Origin: Baekduia sp.
GTDB lineage: Bacteria > Actinomycetota > Thermoleophilia > Solirubrobacterales > Solirubrobacteraceae
Reading direction: 5' to 3'
DNA: 64,000 nucleotides
NCBI RefSeq assembly: GCF_035685985.1
Contig: NZ_DASRZV010000013.1
Location: 15,624-79,623 of the forward strand
How positions within the stretch are numbered: the stretch's first letter is position 1; each line of letters begins with the position of its first letter. Below, piece after piece: positions 1 through 9,819 of this stretch. The position numbers were made by a program, and so were the translations under genes. The notes beneath the pieces are model-generated. The model made no database searches. It saw only the letters and a program-made list of their open reading frames with translations, and was not told the origin of the DNA.

Positions 1-314
1 TGGACGGTCAACACGTAGGGGTCGCCGACCGCGACCGGCGCCGGGGCGGGCAGCCACGTCACGTCCACGTCGCCGCCCAGCAGCGTGTCGATCCGCGGGA
101 AGCCCGCGACCGCGCCCGCCAGGTGCAGCGCCCGCGACGGCAGCGCGGTCCGGCGCAGCTCGACGCCCGGCACCGGCTCGACCGGCTCGCGGCCGGGCAC
201 CAGCGCGCGCACGTCGACGCCGTCGAGCGCCGCGAGCGCCTCGGCCATCCGGCGCGTGAACCGCGCGACGCCCCGCCGGGCCGCCAGCGCACGGGCGTCG
301 ATCCCGACGAGCAT
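1..314 (-). CDS. Glycosyltransferase family 4, N-terminal part (runs off window edge)
   Basis: Manual translation from ATG at 314 gives MLVGIDARALAARRGVARFTRRMAEAL...PYVLTV(H). The 'IDAR..GV.RF' start and 'VLTVH' motif are typical of GT4. Not in the ORF track because it is truncated. Confidence 0.75.
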   Translation of the reverse strand, partial: MLVGIDARALAARRGVARFTRRMAEALAALDGVDVRALVPGREPVEPVPGVELRRTALPSRALHLAGAVAGFPRIDTLLGGDVDVTWLPAPAPVAVGDPYVLTV

Positions 315-368
315 CGGCGGGACGCTATCGCGAGTGATCCGGCGGCGGCGCACGCCCGAAGAAGAGAC

Positions 369-1610
369 GTGAGGATCGCCGTCATCGGGGCCGGGATCTC
401 CGGCCTGGTCGTCGCCCACCAAGCCCATCGCGCCGGGCACGACGTGCACGTGCTGGAGGCCGGGGGCTACGCGGGCGGGCACACGAACACGATCCGGGTC
501 GACGAGCCGGACGCGACGCTCGACGTCGACACGGGGTTCATCGTGTTCAACGACCGCAACTACCCCAACTTCGAGCGGCTGCTGGGGCAGCTCAAGGTGG
601 AGTGGCAGCCGTCGGAGATGAGCTTCGGCGTCGGCGACGAGCACGGGGACTTCGAGTATGCGTCGACCTCCCCGAACGCGTTGTACGCCAAGCGCGCGCA
701 CCTCGCCTCACCGGCCTTCCACCGGATGATCCTCGACGTGCGGCGCTTCCAGCGCGAGGCCCGGGCGCTGCTGGCCTCCGACGAGAACCCGTCGCTGGCC
801 CAGTGGCTCGACGACCGCGACTTCAGCCCGGCGTTCGTGCGACGGCTGATCGTGCCGCAGGCCGCCGCCGTCTGGTCGGCCGATCCCGAGCAGATGTGGA
901 CGTTCCCGGCGCGCTTCCTCGTCCAGTTCTTCGACCACCACGGGATGCTCGACCTGCGCGGGCGCCCGCGCTGGCGCGTGGTCCGCGGCGGCTCCCGGCG
1001 CTATGTGGAGGCGCTGACCGCGCCGTTCGCCGACCGGATCCGCCTGCGCGCGCCGGTGCGCTCGGTCGTCCGCGGCGCCGACGACGTGCGCGTCGACGGC
1101 GAGCGCTTCGACCACGTCGTGCTCGCCACCCACGCCGACCAGACGCTCCGGATCCTCGGCGACGACGCCACGCCCCTGGAGCGCGAGCTGCTGTCCGCCT
1201 TCCCGTACGCGCCCAACGAGGCCGTCCTGCACCACGACCGCCGCCTGCTCCCGCGCCGGCGCCGCGCGTGGGCGAGCTGGAACTACCACCTGCTCGACGC
1301 GCCGCCCGGCAGGCCGACCGTCACCTACCACATGAACCGCCTGCAGTCGCTGCGGGGCGCGCGGCGGCAGTGGTGCGTGACGCTCAACCGCAGCGAGGCG
1401 ATCGACCCCGACGCGATCGTGCGCACGATCCAGTACGCGCATCCCGTCTTCACGCGGCGGGGGATGGTCGCGCAGGGGCGCGTCGAGGAGATCTCCGGCG
1501 GCCGGAGCCGCACGCACTTCGCCGGCGCCTACTGGGGCTGGGGCTTCCACGAGGACGGCGTCGTCTCGGGCCTGCGCGTCGCCCGCGAGCTGGGGATCGA
1601 CACGCCGTGA
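369..1610 (+). CDS. FAD-dependent oxidoreductase (amine-oxidase fold; Rv0449c/UfaD-like)
   Basis: GTG at 369; RIAVIGAGISG dinucleotide motif, GGHTNT, DTGFIVFN..NYP and C-terminal GAYWGWGFHEDG. Confidence 0.9.
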   Translation: MRIAVIGAGISGLVVAHQAHRAGHDVHVLEAGGYAGGHTNTIRVDEPDATLDVDTGFIVFNDRNYPNFERLLGQLKVEWQPSEMSFGVGDEHGDFEYASTSPNALYAKRAHLASPAFHRMILDVRRFQREARALLASDENPSLAQWLDDRDFSPAFVRRLIVPQAAAVWSADPEQMWTFPARFLVQFFDHHGMLDLRGRPRWRVVRGGSRRYVEALTAPFADRIRLRAPVRSVVRGADDVRVDGERFDHVVLATHADQTLRILGDDATPLERELLSAFPYAPNEAVLHHDRRLLPRRRRAWASWNYHLLDAPPGRPTVTYHMNRLQSLRGARRQWCVTLNRSEAIDPDAIVRTIQYAHPVFTRRGMVAQGRVEEISGGRSRTHFAGAYWGWGFHEDGVVSGLRVARELGIDTP

Positions 1611-2260
1611 GCGCCCCGGCGCTGTACGAGGGCACGATCCGCCACCGCCGCTTCGCCGTGCGCCGGCGCGAGTTCCGCCACCGGATCTCGATGGTCTACG
1701 AGCGCCCCGGCGCCCAGGCGGAGGCCACGGCGCGCGCGGCGGCGGGCCCGGGCGCCGACGGCGCGATCCTCGCGCTGACGCAGCGCCGGATCCTGGGCGT
1801 CGGCTTCAACCCGGTGTCCTTCTACTTCTGCCACCGCGCCGACGGCACGCTGCACGCCGTCGTCGCCGAGGTCACGTCCACGCCGTGGCGGGAGACCGAC
1901 CGCTACGTGTTGCTCACGCGCGCCGACGCCGACGCCGACGCCGCCCGCGTCGAGCGCACCGAGGTGCGCAAGCGGATGCACGTCTCGCCGTTCCTCGCGA
2001 TGGATCAGCACTACGTTTGGGCGACCACGCGGCCCGGCGACACCCTGTCCGTGCACATCGCCGCGCGCGATGGCGACACCACGGTCTTCGACGCGACGCT
2101 CAACCTGCGTCGCCGGCCGCTGACGCGCGCGGGGCTCGCGCGCCACGCGCTGCTGCGCCTGCGCGTCCTGCCGCTGATCTACGGCCACGCGCTCGTGCTC
2201 GCGGCGCGGCGCGTCCCGGTGCATCGCCACCCGCGGGCCGGCGAGGCGCGCCCGTCATGA
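1607..2260 (+). CDS. DUF1365 family protein
   Basis: GTGA overlap with the upstream stop; LYEG.IRHRR, FNPVSFYFC and K.MHVSPF motifs. Confidence 0.85.
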   Translation: MSAPALYEGTIRHRRFAVRRREFRHRISMVYERPGAQAEATARAAAGPGADGAILALTQRRILGVGFNPVSFYFCHRADGTLHAVVAEVTSTPWRETDRYVLLTRADADADAARVERTEVRKRMHVSPFLAMDQHYVWATTRPGDTLSVHIAARDGDTTVFDATLNLRRRPLTRAGLARHALLRLRVLPLIYGHALVLAARRVPVHRHPRAGEARPS

Positions 2261-3528
2261 CCGCCGCCGCGACCACCGCCACCGCCGCGCGCCGCGCCGT
2301 CCTGGCCGTCCTGCGGCGCGGCGTCCGCAGCGGGCGCCTGACCGTCGTCGAGCCCGACGGCGCCCGCCACGCCTTCGGCGGCCACGGCGCGCCCGAGGCC
2401 ACGGTCGTCGTCCACGACGCGCGGGCGTGGCGGCGGATCCTCCTCGGCGGCAGCCGCGGCATGGCCGAGGCCTACCGCGACGGGCTCTGGGACGCGCCGG
2501 ACCTGACCGCGGTGATCCGCGTCGCCGCCCGCAACATCGCCGGCCTCGACGCGCTGCGCCGCCGGCTGACCCCGCTCCGCGAGCCGCTGCAGCGCGGGCG
2601 CGCCGCCTTCCGCCGCAACACGCCGCGCCGCAGCCGTCGCGACATCGGCGCCCACTACGACCTCGGCAACGAGCTGTTCGCGCTCTTCCTCGACCCCACC
2701 ATGATGTACTCGGGCGCGGTCTTCACCCGCCCGCGCATGACGCTGGAGGAGGCGTCGGTCGCCAAGTTGGACATGATCTGCGACAAGCTCGCGATCTCGC
2801 CCGAAGACCATGTCCTGGAGATCGGCACCGGCTGGGGCGGCTTCGCGCTGCACGCCGCCGGCACCCGCGGCTGTCGCGTGACCACGACGACGATCTCCCG
2901 CGCGCAGCACGACCACGCGGTCGCGCGCGTCCGGGCCGCCGGGCTCCAGGACCGCGTCACGGTGGTGATGGAGGACTACCGCGACCTCACCGGCCGGTAC
3001 GACAAGCTCGTGTCGGTCGAGATGATCGAGGCGGTGGGGTGGAAGGACTTCGGCACGTTCTTCGGCGTGTGCTCGGACCGCCTGGCGCCCGACGGCGCGA
3101 TGCTGCTGCAGGCGATCGTCATGGACGACCGCGCCTACGCCGTCGAGCGCGCGTCCAAGTCCTTCATCCGCACGCTGATCTTCCCCAACGGCTGCCTGCC
3201 GTCGCGCGAGGTGATCGCCCGCTGCGTCGCGCGCGACACCGACCTGCGGACCGTCCACCTGGAGGACCTGACCCCGCACTACGCCGAGACCCTGCGGCGC
3301 TGGGGCCTGAGCTTCGCGGCGGCCGAGGGCGAGTTGGAGGCCTTGGGCTACGACGAGCGCTTCCGGCGCCTCTGGCGGTTGTACCTGGCCTACTGCGAGG
3401 CCGGGTTCGCCGAGCGTCGCATCGGCCTCGTCCAGACCGTGCTGGCCAAGCCGCGCTGGCGGCCGACGGCCGCCGCCGTGCCCGCTGCGTCCGACGCCGC
3501 GGAGGCGGCCGTCGTCACGACTCGTTGA
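2257..3528 (+). CDS. cfa: Cyclopropane-fatty-acyl-phospholipid synthase family SAM methyltransferase (Cfa/UfaA1-like)
   Basis: ATGA overlap; HYDLGN, MMYS, LEIGTGWG, SVEMIEAVG, IFPNG and YLAYCEAGF motifs. Confidence 0.9.
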   Translation: MTAAATTATAARRAVLAVLRRGVRSGRLTVVEPDGARHAFGGHGAPEATVVVHDARAWRRILLGGSRGMAEAYRDGLWDAPDLTAVIRVAARNIAGLDALRRRLTPLREPLQRGRAAFRRNTPRRSRRDIGAHYDLGNELFALFLDPTMMYSGAVFTRPRMTLEEASVAKLDMICDKLAISPEDHVLEIGTGWGGFALHAAGTRGCRVTTTTISRAQHDHAVARVRAAGLQDRVTVVMEDYRDLTGRYDKLVSVEMIEAVGWKDFGTFFGVCSDRLAPDGAMLLQAIVMDDRAYAVERASKSFIRTLIFPNGCLPSREVIARCVARDTDLRTVHLEDLTPHYAETLRRWGLSFAAAEGELEALGYDERFRRLWRLYLAYCEAGFAERRIGLVQTVLAKPRWRPTAAAVPAASDAAEAAVVTTR

Positions 3529-3547
3529 CAAATAGACTCGCCGACGC

Positions 3548-4711
3548 ATGCCGTCGTCGGAACCCAGGGTCGCGCTCGTCCACGACTTCCTCCTGGACCT
3601 GCGCGGTGCGGAGCGCGTGTTCCTGGTGCTCTGCGAGCTGTTCCCCGACGCGGACATCTTCACCGCGGTCTACGACCCGGAGGGGACCGAGGGGCGCTTC
3701 GAGCACCGCCGGGTGCACACGTCGTTCCTGCAGCGGCTGCGCCCCAACTCCACGTCGTTCCGGCCGCTGCTGCCGCTCTACCCGTACGCCATGGAGGCGC
3801 TCGACCTCCGCGGCTACGACCTCGTGCTCAGCAGCTCCAGCGCGTGGGCGCACGGCGTGCTGCCCTCGCCGGACGCCGTCCACGTCTGCTACTGCCACAA
3901 CCCGTTCCGCTACGCGTGGAACGAGCGCGACGCGACGCTGGCCGGGCAGCACGCGCTGCTGCGGCCCGCGCTCGGCCTCGTGCTGGCGCGCTGGCGGCAG
4001 TGGGACTGGATCGCCGCCCAGCGCGTCGACCGCTACATCGCCAACTCCGAGACGACCCGCCGTCGCGTCGCGCGGTACTTCACGCGCGAGGCCGAGGTCG
4101 TCTACCCGCCGGTCGAGGTCGAGCGCTTCGCGCCGGGCCTCGTCGGCGAGCACTACGCGGTCCTGTCGGAGCTGATGGCCCACAAGCGGATCGAGCTGGC
4201 GGTCCGCGCGTTCAACGAGCTCGGACGGCCGCTGGTCGTCATCGGCGACGGCCCGGACGCCAAGCGCCTGCAGCGCCTGGCGGGCCCGACGATCCGGTTC
4301 GCCGGACGCGTCAGCGACGCCGAGGTCGCGCGCCTGCTGGCGACCTCGCGCGCGCTGGTCGTCACCGCGACCGAGGAGTTCGGCATCGCCGCCGTCGAGG
4401 CGCAGGCGGCCGGGCGCCCGGTCGTGGCGCTGGACGAGGGCGGCGTGACGGAGTCGGTGCGGGAGGGACGCACCGGCGTGTTCTACGACGAGGCGACGCC
4501 CGAGGCGCTGGCGGCCGCGGTCACGGCGTTCGACCCGCTGTCGGTCGACCCGGCCGACTGCGTGGCCAACGCCCACCGCTTCTCGGTCGACGCGTTCGCG
4601 CGGGAGATCCGCGCGATCGTCGACCAGGCGCTGGCGGCGGGCCCGAGCCCACGCGGCGACCGCCGCCGCCCGGCGCGCGGGCTGGCGCTCGCCGGCCGCC
4701 GCGCGGCGTGA
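3548..4711 (+). CDS. Glycosyltransferase family 4
   Basis: VALVHDFL..LRGAERV, YCHNPFRYAW and EEFGIAAVEAQAAG.PV motifs. A TAGACT -10-like hexamer lies just upstream. Confidence 0.9.
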   Translation: MPSSEPRVALVHDFLLDLRGAERVFLVLCELFPDADIFTAVYDPEGTEGRFEHRRVHTSFLQRLRPNSTSFRPLLPLYPYAMEALDLRGYDLVLSSSSAWAHGVLPSPDAVHVCYCHNPFRYAWNERDATLAGQHALLRPALGLVLARWRQWDWIAAQRVDRYIANSETTRRRVARYFTREAEVVYPPVEVERFAPGLVGEHYAVLSELMAHKRIELAVRAFNELGRPLVVIGDGPDAKRLQRLAGPTIRFAGRVSDAEVARLLATSRALVVTATEEFGIAAVEAQAAGRPVVALDEGGVTESVREGRTGVFYDEATPEALAAAVTAFDPLSVDPADCVANAHRFSVDAFAREIRAIVDQALAAGPSPRGDRRRPARGLALAGRRAA

Positions 4712-4793
4712 AGGCGAGACGCCTCGCCCAGGGGGCTCGGGTTCCGGGCGCGTGCTCGCCGGCGCTCCCACGCGCGTTCTCGGAAGGGCCGCG

Positions 4794-5744
4794 GTGAGGG
4801 TCGCGGTCGTCGTCCCCAACCACGACGGGCGCCGCTGGCTGCCCGGGATGCTCGCCGCGCTACGGGCGCAGACGCGGCCGGCGGACCGGATCGTCGTGGT
4901 CGACGACGGCTCGCGCGACGACAGCGTCGCGTGGCTGCGGGCGCAGGGCGTCGAGGTCGTCGCGCGCGCCGTCAACGGCGGCTTCGCGGCGGCGGTCAAC
5001 GACGGCCTGCGAGCGACGGCCGACTGCGACGCGGTCGCGCTGGTGAACACCGACGTCTCCCTGGCGCCCGACTGGCTGGCGCGCATGGTCAGCGCGCTGG
5101 AGGCGCATGGCGAAGCGGGCGCGGTGGCGGGCAAGATGGTCGGGATGGACGATCCCGGCCTGATCGACGACACCGGCGACGCGCTGCGGCGCGACGGCGT
5201 CTGCGAGCAGCGCGGGCGCGGCCACCGCGACGCGGGGCAGTTCGACGCGCCCGGCGAGGTCTGGGGCGCGTGCGCGGGCGCGGCGCTGTACCGGCGCGCG
5301 GCGGTGGAGGCCGTCGGCGGCTTCGACGAGTCCTACGGCATGTACTTGGAGGACGTCGACCTCGCGCTGCGCCTGCGGCTGGCGGGGTGGACGACGCGCT
5401 ACGAGCCCGCGGTCGCGCACCACGCGGGCGCGGGCAGCGGCAGCGCGGTCGGGTACTACGTCGCGCGCAACACGGTGATCTTGGTCGCGCGCTGGTTCCC
5501 GGCGCGCTGGCTGCCCTACGTCGCCTACCGCCAGGCCTCGTGGCTGGCGGACGCCGCCCGCCGCGGGCCGCGGGCGCTGGCCGAGCACCTGCGCGGCCTG
5601 GCGGCGGCGGTCCCGCGCCTGCCCGGCGCCTGGCGCGCGCGCCACGGCGTGGGCGGGACGCAGCGCGACGCGATGGAGCGCGCGGTGCCCGCGCGCCCCT
5701 GGCGCGGGCCGCGGGCGGGCGGGCATCCGGAGGCGGCGCGATGA
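4794..5744 (+). CDS. Glycosyltransferase family 2
   Basis: VVVPNHDG, VVDDGSRD, N.GFAAAVN.G, NTD, GGFDE and EDVD motifs. Confidence 0.9.
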   Translation: MRVAVVVPNHDGRRWLPGMLAALRAQTRPADRIVVVDDGSRDDSVAWLRAQGVEVVARAVNGGFAAAVNDGLRATADCDAVALVNTDVSLAPDWLARMVSALEAHGEAGAVAGKMVGMDDPGLIDDTGDALRRDGVCEQRGRGHRDAGQFDAPGEVWGACAGAALYRRAAVEAVGGFDESYGMYLEDVDLALRLRLAGWTTRYEPAVAHHAGAGSGSAVGYYVARNTVILVARWFPARWLPYVAYRQASWLADAARRGPRALAEHLRGLAAAVPRLPGAWRARHGVGGTQRDAMERAVPARPWRGPRAGGHPEAAR

Positions 5745-7270
5745 GCGACGGCGCGATGAGCGGCGGCGAGGCGGCCGAGCCCCGGCCCACCACGCGCCGT
5801 CCCTCCGACGGCTTCTTCCGCGTCCACGTCGAGGCGACGCCGCTGCGGCTGGTCGTCCTCGGCCTGCTGGCCTTCGCGTTCGCGACGATCGACATCCGCG
5901 CGGGCATCGGGCCCCACGACGAGGGGCTGATGCTCCAGTGGGGCCACCGGATCGCCTCCGGCGAGTGGCCGTACCGGGACTTCTGGGCCAACTACATGCC
6001 GGGAGCGCCGTACCTGCAGGCGCTGCTCGGGCCGTCGCCGGTGACGTGGCGCTGGGTGCGGGCCGCGATCGCCGGGATCTGCGCGGTGCTGGCCTACCTG
6101 CTGACCAAGCGCGAGACCACCAACGACCGCTGGGCGCTGGCCGCGTGGGCGGCCGTGGCGGCGGCGATGGCCTGGCCGCTGACGCCGGGGCCGACCGCGC
6201 CCGCGACCACGCTCGCGCTCGGCGCCGTGCTCGCCGGGCGGCGCCGCAGCGGCCTGGCGGGCGGCCTGGCCGGCCTGGCGTTCCTGTTCCGGCCCGAGGT
6301 CGGCGTGGCGGCGGCGATCGGGGCCTACATCTTGGGCGGGCGCGAGCACGGCGGCCGCCGCGTGTGGTGGGTCTTCGGCGCGGTCGCGCTGATCGGGATG
6401 CTGCCGTTCCTGATCGTCGCGCCCGGCGACTTCCTGTCGCAGACGTTCGGCTTCGCCGGCCTCCAGCACCTCCAGCGCCTGCCGTTCCCGCTGGCACCGC
6501 ACACGTTGGACCCCAACAAGGTCCTGGAGCACGACTTCCCGGCGGTGCTGGTGCTGTTCTCCGCGCTGTGGGCGATCGCGACGCTGTCGCGGCGCACCGC
6601 CTGGGCGCTCGTGCCGCTGCTGGTCGTCGGCCTGGCCTACCTGCTGGCGCGGACCGACGAGTTCCACCTCGTGCCGCTGGCCGCGGTCCTGGCCGTCGCG
6701 CTGGCCGCCGGGGCGGCGCGCGACCGGCGCGTGCCCTGGAAGGTCGTGCTCGGCGCGGGGCTGGCGCTGATCATCGTCAACGGCCTCGACCGCGAGCTGG
6801 GCAAGGTCACCGACGGCACGCGGCTGGCCGGCGTCGACCTGCCGGCGCTGCACGGCGTGCGCACCGCGCCCGACGACGCCCACGCGCTGGAGGAGCTCGC
6901 CGCGGCGGTCGACCGGCGCACCCGGCCCGGGTCCTACCTGCTCAGCGCGCCGCCGCGCTACGACCGCGTCCGCGTCGGCGACACGTTGTTGTACATCGCG
7001 CTGCAGCGGCGCAACCCGACGCGCTACGACGTCGTCCAGCCCGGCGTCGTGACCACCGCCAAGGTCCAGCGCGAGATGGCCCGCGACCTGGAGCGGACCA
7101 GGACCCCGCTCGTCGTCCGCTGGCTGTCGCCCGCCGCGACCATGACGGAGCACAACGGCTCCGGCCGCTCCAGCGGCGTCCACCTGCTCGACGACTACAT
7201 CGACACGCACTACGCGCCGGCCGGGCGCTTCGGGGACTACCTGCTGCTGGCGCGCGACCCGGGGCGCTAG
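5741..7270 (+). CDS. Polytopic membrane protein, probable GT-C fold glycosyltransferase
   Basis: ATGA overlap; many TM segments; HDEG...G.WPYRDFW motif after TM1; soluble C-terminal domain. Confidence 0.65.
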   Translation: MSDGAMSGGEAAEPRPTTRRPSDGFFRVHVEATPLRLVVLGLLAFAFATIDIRAGIGPHDEGLMLQWGHRIASGEWPYRDFWANYMPGAPYLQALLGPSPVTWRWVRAAIAGICAVLAYLLTKRETTNDRWALAAWAAVAAAMAWPLTPGPTAPATTLALGAVLAGRRRSGLAGGLAGLAFLFRPEVGVAAAIGAYILGGREHGGRRVWWVFGAVALIGMLPFLIVAPGDFLSQTFGFAGLQHLQRLPFPLAPHTLDPNKVLEHDFPAVLVLFSALWAIATLSRRTAWALVPLLVVGLAYLLARTDEFHLVPLAAVLAVALAAGAARDRRVPWKVVLGAGLALIIVNGLDRELGKVTDGTRLAGVDLPALHGVRTAPDDAHALEELAAAVDRRTRPGSYLLSAPPRYDRVRVGDTLLYIALQRRNPTRYDVVQPGVVTTAKVQREMARDLERTRTPLVVRWLSPAATMTEHNGSGRSSGVHLLDDYIDTHYAPAGRFGDYLLLARDPGR

Positions 7271-8163
7271 AGGTCCCGCCGCCGGAACGCCCAGGCCGCG
7301 ACGGCCAGGACGACCACGAGGTACAGCACGCACCACGGCACGAGCAGCGGCCCGGCGTCGTGGGAGCCGCCGAGCGGGCCGAGCTGGACGATCGCGCCCG
7401 CGACGCCGGGGACGTCGCGGACCAGCAGCCGCAGCGCGTCGCGGTAGAGCGCCTCGTAGGGCAGCGCCCAGGAGCCGACCGAGGCGATGTGCTGGAGGGT
7501 CGGCGAGGGGATCGCGTCGCCGATCGCGCCGAGCAGGCCGGCCAGGAGGCCCGCGCCGTAGGTCATCAACACGAGGATGCCGTTGGCGGTCGCGCCGAGG
7601 AAGACGGAGCCCAGCAGCGACAGCGCCGCGATCAGCACCGCGGCGCCCGCCAGCCGGAAGCCCGAGGCGAAGGGGTGCTCGGGCCACCAGTGGCCGATCG
7701 CGCCGGTGACGAGCACCGCGCCGAGGTAGACGACCAACACGTACAACCCGCTGACGACGGCGGCGGCCAGGAAGCGACCCAACAGGTACTGCGCGCGGCC
7801 GAGCGGCCGGACGACGAGCGGTTGCAGCAGCCCGCTCTCGGCGTCGCCGCGCACCGCGCCCGCGGTCAGGAACGTGGCGAGCACGACGCCGAGGAACAGG
7901 CCGCCGAACATCGCCAGCCCGACGATCGTGGAGCCCGCCAGCGCCTTCGCGTCCAGGCCGGTGGAGCTGTTCTGGAAGCCGCTGACGTCGTCGAACAGCG
8001 CGCTGCAGCCCCAGGCGTAGAGCCCGCCGAAGGCCACGGTCAGCACGAGCACGACGACCAGGACGCGCCGGCGCAGCGCCTCCTGCAGCGCGTGGCGGGC
8101 GACGATGAGGATGCCCGGAATCGCGCCCGGAACCGCGCCCCCTGGGTGCGCGTCGCGCGTCAT
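7267..8163 (-). CDS. ABC-2 type transporter permease
   Basis: ATG at 8163; ALQEALRRR, RP..R.QYLLGRF and C-terminal FRRRDL; about 6 TM segments. Confidence 0.85.
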   Translation of the reverse strand: MTRDAHPGGAVPGAIPGILIVARHALQEALRRRVLVVVLVLTVAFGGLYAWGCSALFDDVSGFQNSSTGLDAKALAGSTIVGLAMFGGLFLGVVLATFLTAGAVRGDAESGLLQPLVVRPLGRAQYLLGRFLAAAVVSGLYVLVVYLGAVLVTGAIGHWWPEHPFASGFRLAGAAVLIAALSLLGSVFLGATANGILVLMTYGAGLLAGLLGAIGDAIPSPTLQHIASVGSWALPYEALYRDALRLLVRDVPGVAGAIVQLGPLGGSHDAGPLLVPWCVLYLVVVLAVAAWAFRRRDL

Positions 8164-8966
8164 CGGGCGTCCGCCACCGTGTCGAGGTACACGTCCTCCA
8201 GCGTCGAGCGCCGGACGCGCACGCCGTAGATCCGCTCGCCGGCCGCGACCAGCTCGGCGACGATCCGCGGCACGTCCGCGCGCCCGGCGCCCTCGAACAC
8301 GCGCGTCCCGCTCGCCAGCTCGACCTCGACGCCGCTGCCGCGCTCCAGCTCGGCCGGCGTGCCCGCCGCGACGACCACGCCCTTGTCGATGATGATCACG
8401 CGGTCGCAGACCTGCTCGACCTCGCTGAGCAGGTGCGTGTTCAACAGCACGGCCACGTCGCGGCGGCGCAGCTCCTCCAGCAGGTCGCGCACGGTGCGCC
8501 GCCCGCCGGGATCGAGGGCCGACGTCGGCTCGTCCAACAACAACACACGCGGCCCGCCGACCATCGCCTGCGCCAGCCCGAGCCGCTGCTGCATGCCCTT
8601 GGACATCGCCTCCACGCGCGTGCCCGCGTCGTCCTCCAGCCGCACGAGCTCCAACAGCTCGCCGCGTTCCCGCGCGCCGCCCTCCGAGCCGGTCAGGCGC
8701 TGGTGCAGGACCAGCACCTCGTCGGCCGTGCACCAGCCGGGGAAGCGGAACAGCTCGGCCAGGTAGCCGAACGGGCGCTGCAGGACCACGGAGCCCGCGG
8801 TCGGCCGGACCAGGCCGCAGGCGATCTTCGTCAGCGTCGACTTCCCGGCGCCGTTCGGACCCAACAACCCCACCAACTCGCCATCGCCGACCTCCAGGTC
8901 GACGCCACGCAGCGCCTCGTGGCGGCCGTAGCGCTTGCGCACCCCGGCGACGGCGAGCGCGCTCAC
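8160..8966 (-). CDS. ABC transporter ATP-binding protein
   Basis: Walker A GPNGAGKST, signature MSKGM, Walker B LLLDEP and H-loop NTH. Confidence 0.92.
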   Translation of the reverse strand: MSALAVAGVRKRYGRHEALRGVDLEVGDGELVGLLGPNGAGKSTLTKIACGLVRPTAGSVVLQRPFGYLAELFRFPGWCTADEVLVLHQRLTGSEGGARERGELLELVRLEDDAGTRVEAMSKGMQQRLGLAQAMVGGPRVLLLDEPTSALDPGGRRTVRDLLEELRRRDVAVLLNTHLLSEVEQVCDRVIIIDKGVVVAAGTPAELERGSGVEVELASGTRVFEGAGRADVPRIVAELVAAGERIYGVRVRRSTLEDVYLDTVADAR

Positions 8967-9048
8967 GCCGGAGCCACGGCAGCCGCGGGAAGGAGCCCCT
9001 GGCGAGTTCCCGCCCGGAAGCCGAGCCGCCAGGCGAGGTCTTCCGCGC

Positions 9049-9789
9049 TCAAGCCGTCAACACCAGCGGGGCGCCTGCCTGGATGACGATCGTGTTCTCG
9101 GCGTGCGCGGAGAGCGAGCCGTCGGCGGTCTTGACGACCCATTGGCCGTCCTCGACGACGTCGCCGTGGCCGGCCGCGATGATCGGCTCGATCGTGATGA
9201 CCAGGCCCTCGGTCAGCTCCGGCGACGGGCCGGGGCGGTCGACGGAGAAGATCGTCGGCTCCTCGTGGATGCGGCGGCCGATGCCGTGGCCGGTCAGCGT
9301 GTCGCAGACCGAGAAGCCGCGCTTCTCGATCTCGCCCTGGACGGCGATCCCGATGTCGTTGGCCGTCGCGCCGGCGCGGGCGACCGACATCCCCTTCTTG
9401 AGCCCCGACTCGGCGGCGCCGATGAGCTTCAGCGCGCTCGGCTTGACCTTCGACCCGACCGGGACCGTCCGGCACGCGTCGGCGTAGAACCCGTCCAGCT
9501 CGGCGGTGACGTCGAGCTTGACCAGCTCGCCCTCGCGCAGGCGCCGCGGGCCCGGGATGCCGTGCACGGCCTCGTCGCCGACCGAGATGCAGATCGTGCC
9601 CGGGAAGTTGTAGTCCAGCTGCGGTCCGGACCGCGCGCCGTGGGCGGCGAACACGCGCGCGGCGGCCGCGTCCAGCTCGCCGGTCGTCACGCCGGGGCGC
9701 ACGAGCTTGCGCAGCTCGCGGATCGTCTGGGCGACCACGCGCCCGGCCGCCTTGAGCGCGGCCAGCTCCTCGGGGGTGTCGACGGACAT
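9049..9789 (-). CDS. map: Type I methionyl aminopeptidase
   Basis: FPGTICIS, AVHGIP, KLDV..., D.CRT, GHGIG..IHEEP, TIEP and SAHAENT metal-binding motifs. Confidence 0.93.
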   Translation of the reverse strand: MSVDTPEELAALKAAGRVVAQTIRELRKLVRPGVTTGELDAAAARVFAAHGARSGPQLDYNFPGTICISVGDEAVHGIPGPRRLREGELVKLDVTAELDGFYADACRTVPVGSKVKPSALKLIGAAESGLKKGMSVARAGATANDIGIAVQGEIEKRGFSVCDTLTGHGIGRRIHEEPTIFSVDRPGPSPELTEGLVITIEPIIAAGHGDVVEDGQWVVKTADGSLSAHAENTIVIQAGAPLVLTA

Positions 9790-9819
9790 GCCCGACACGG
9801 TACGTGGTTGGATGGAGGG

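Noticed and set aside
1922-1945. GCCGAC tandem repeat in the DUF1365 gene
   Set aside because: Short in-frame low-complexity run (ADADAD); no evidence for phase variation.
4712-4793. GTTCCGGG-initiated hairpin as another repeat-family member
   Set aside because: Pairing is irregular and the geometry does not fit 18-5-18; too degenerate to call.
8967-9048. Imperfect long hairpin between map and the ABC gene
   Set aside because: Short GC-rich stems are expected by chance, and there is no second copy in the window.
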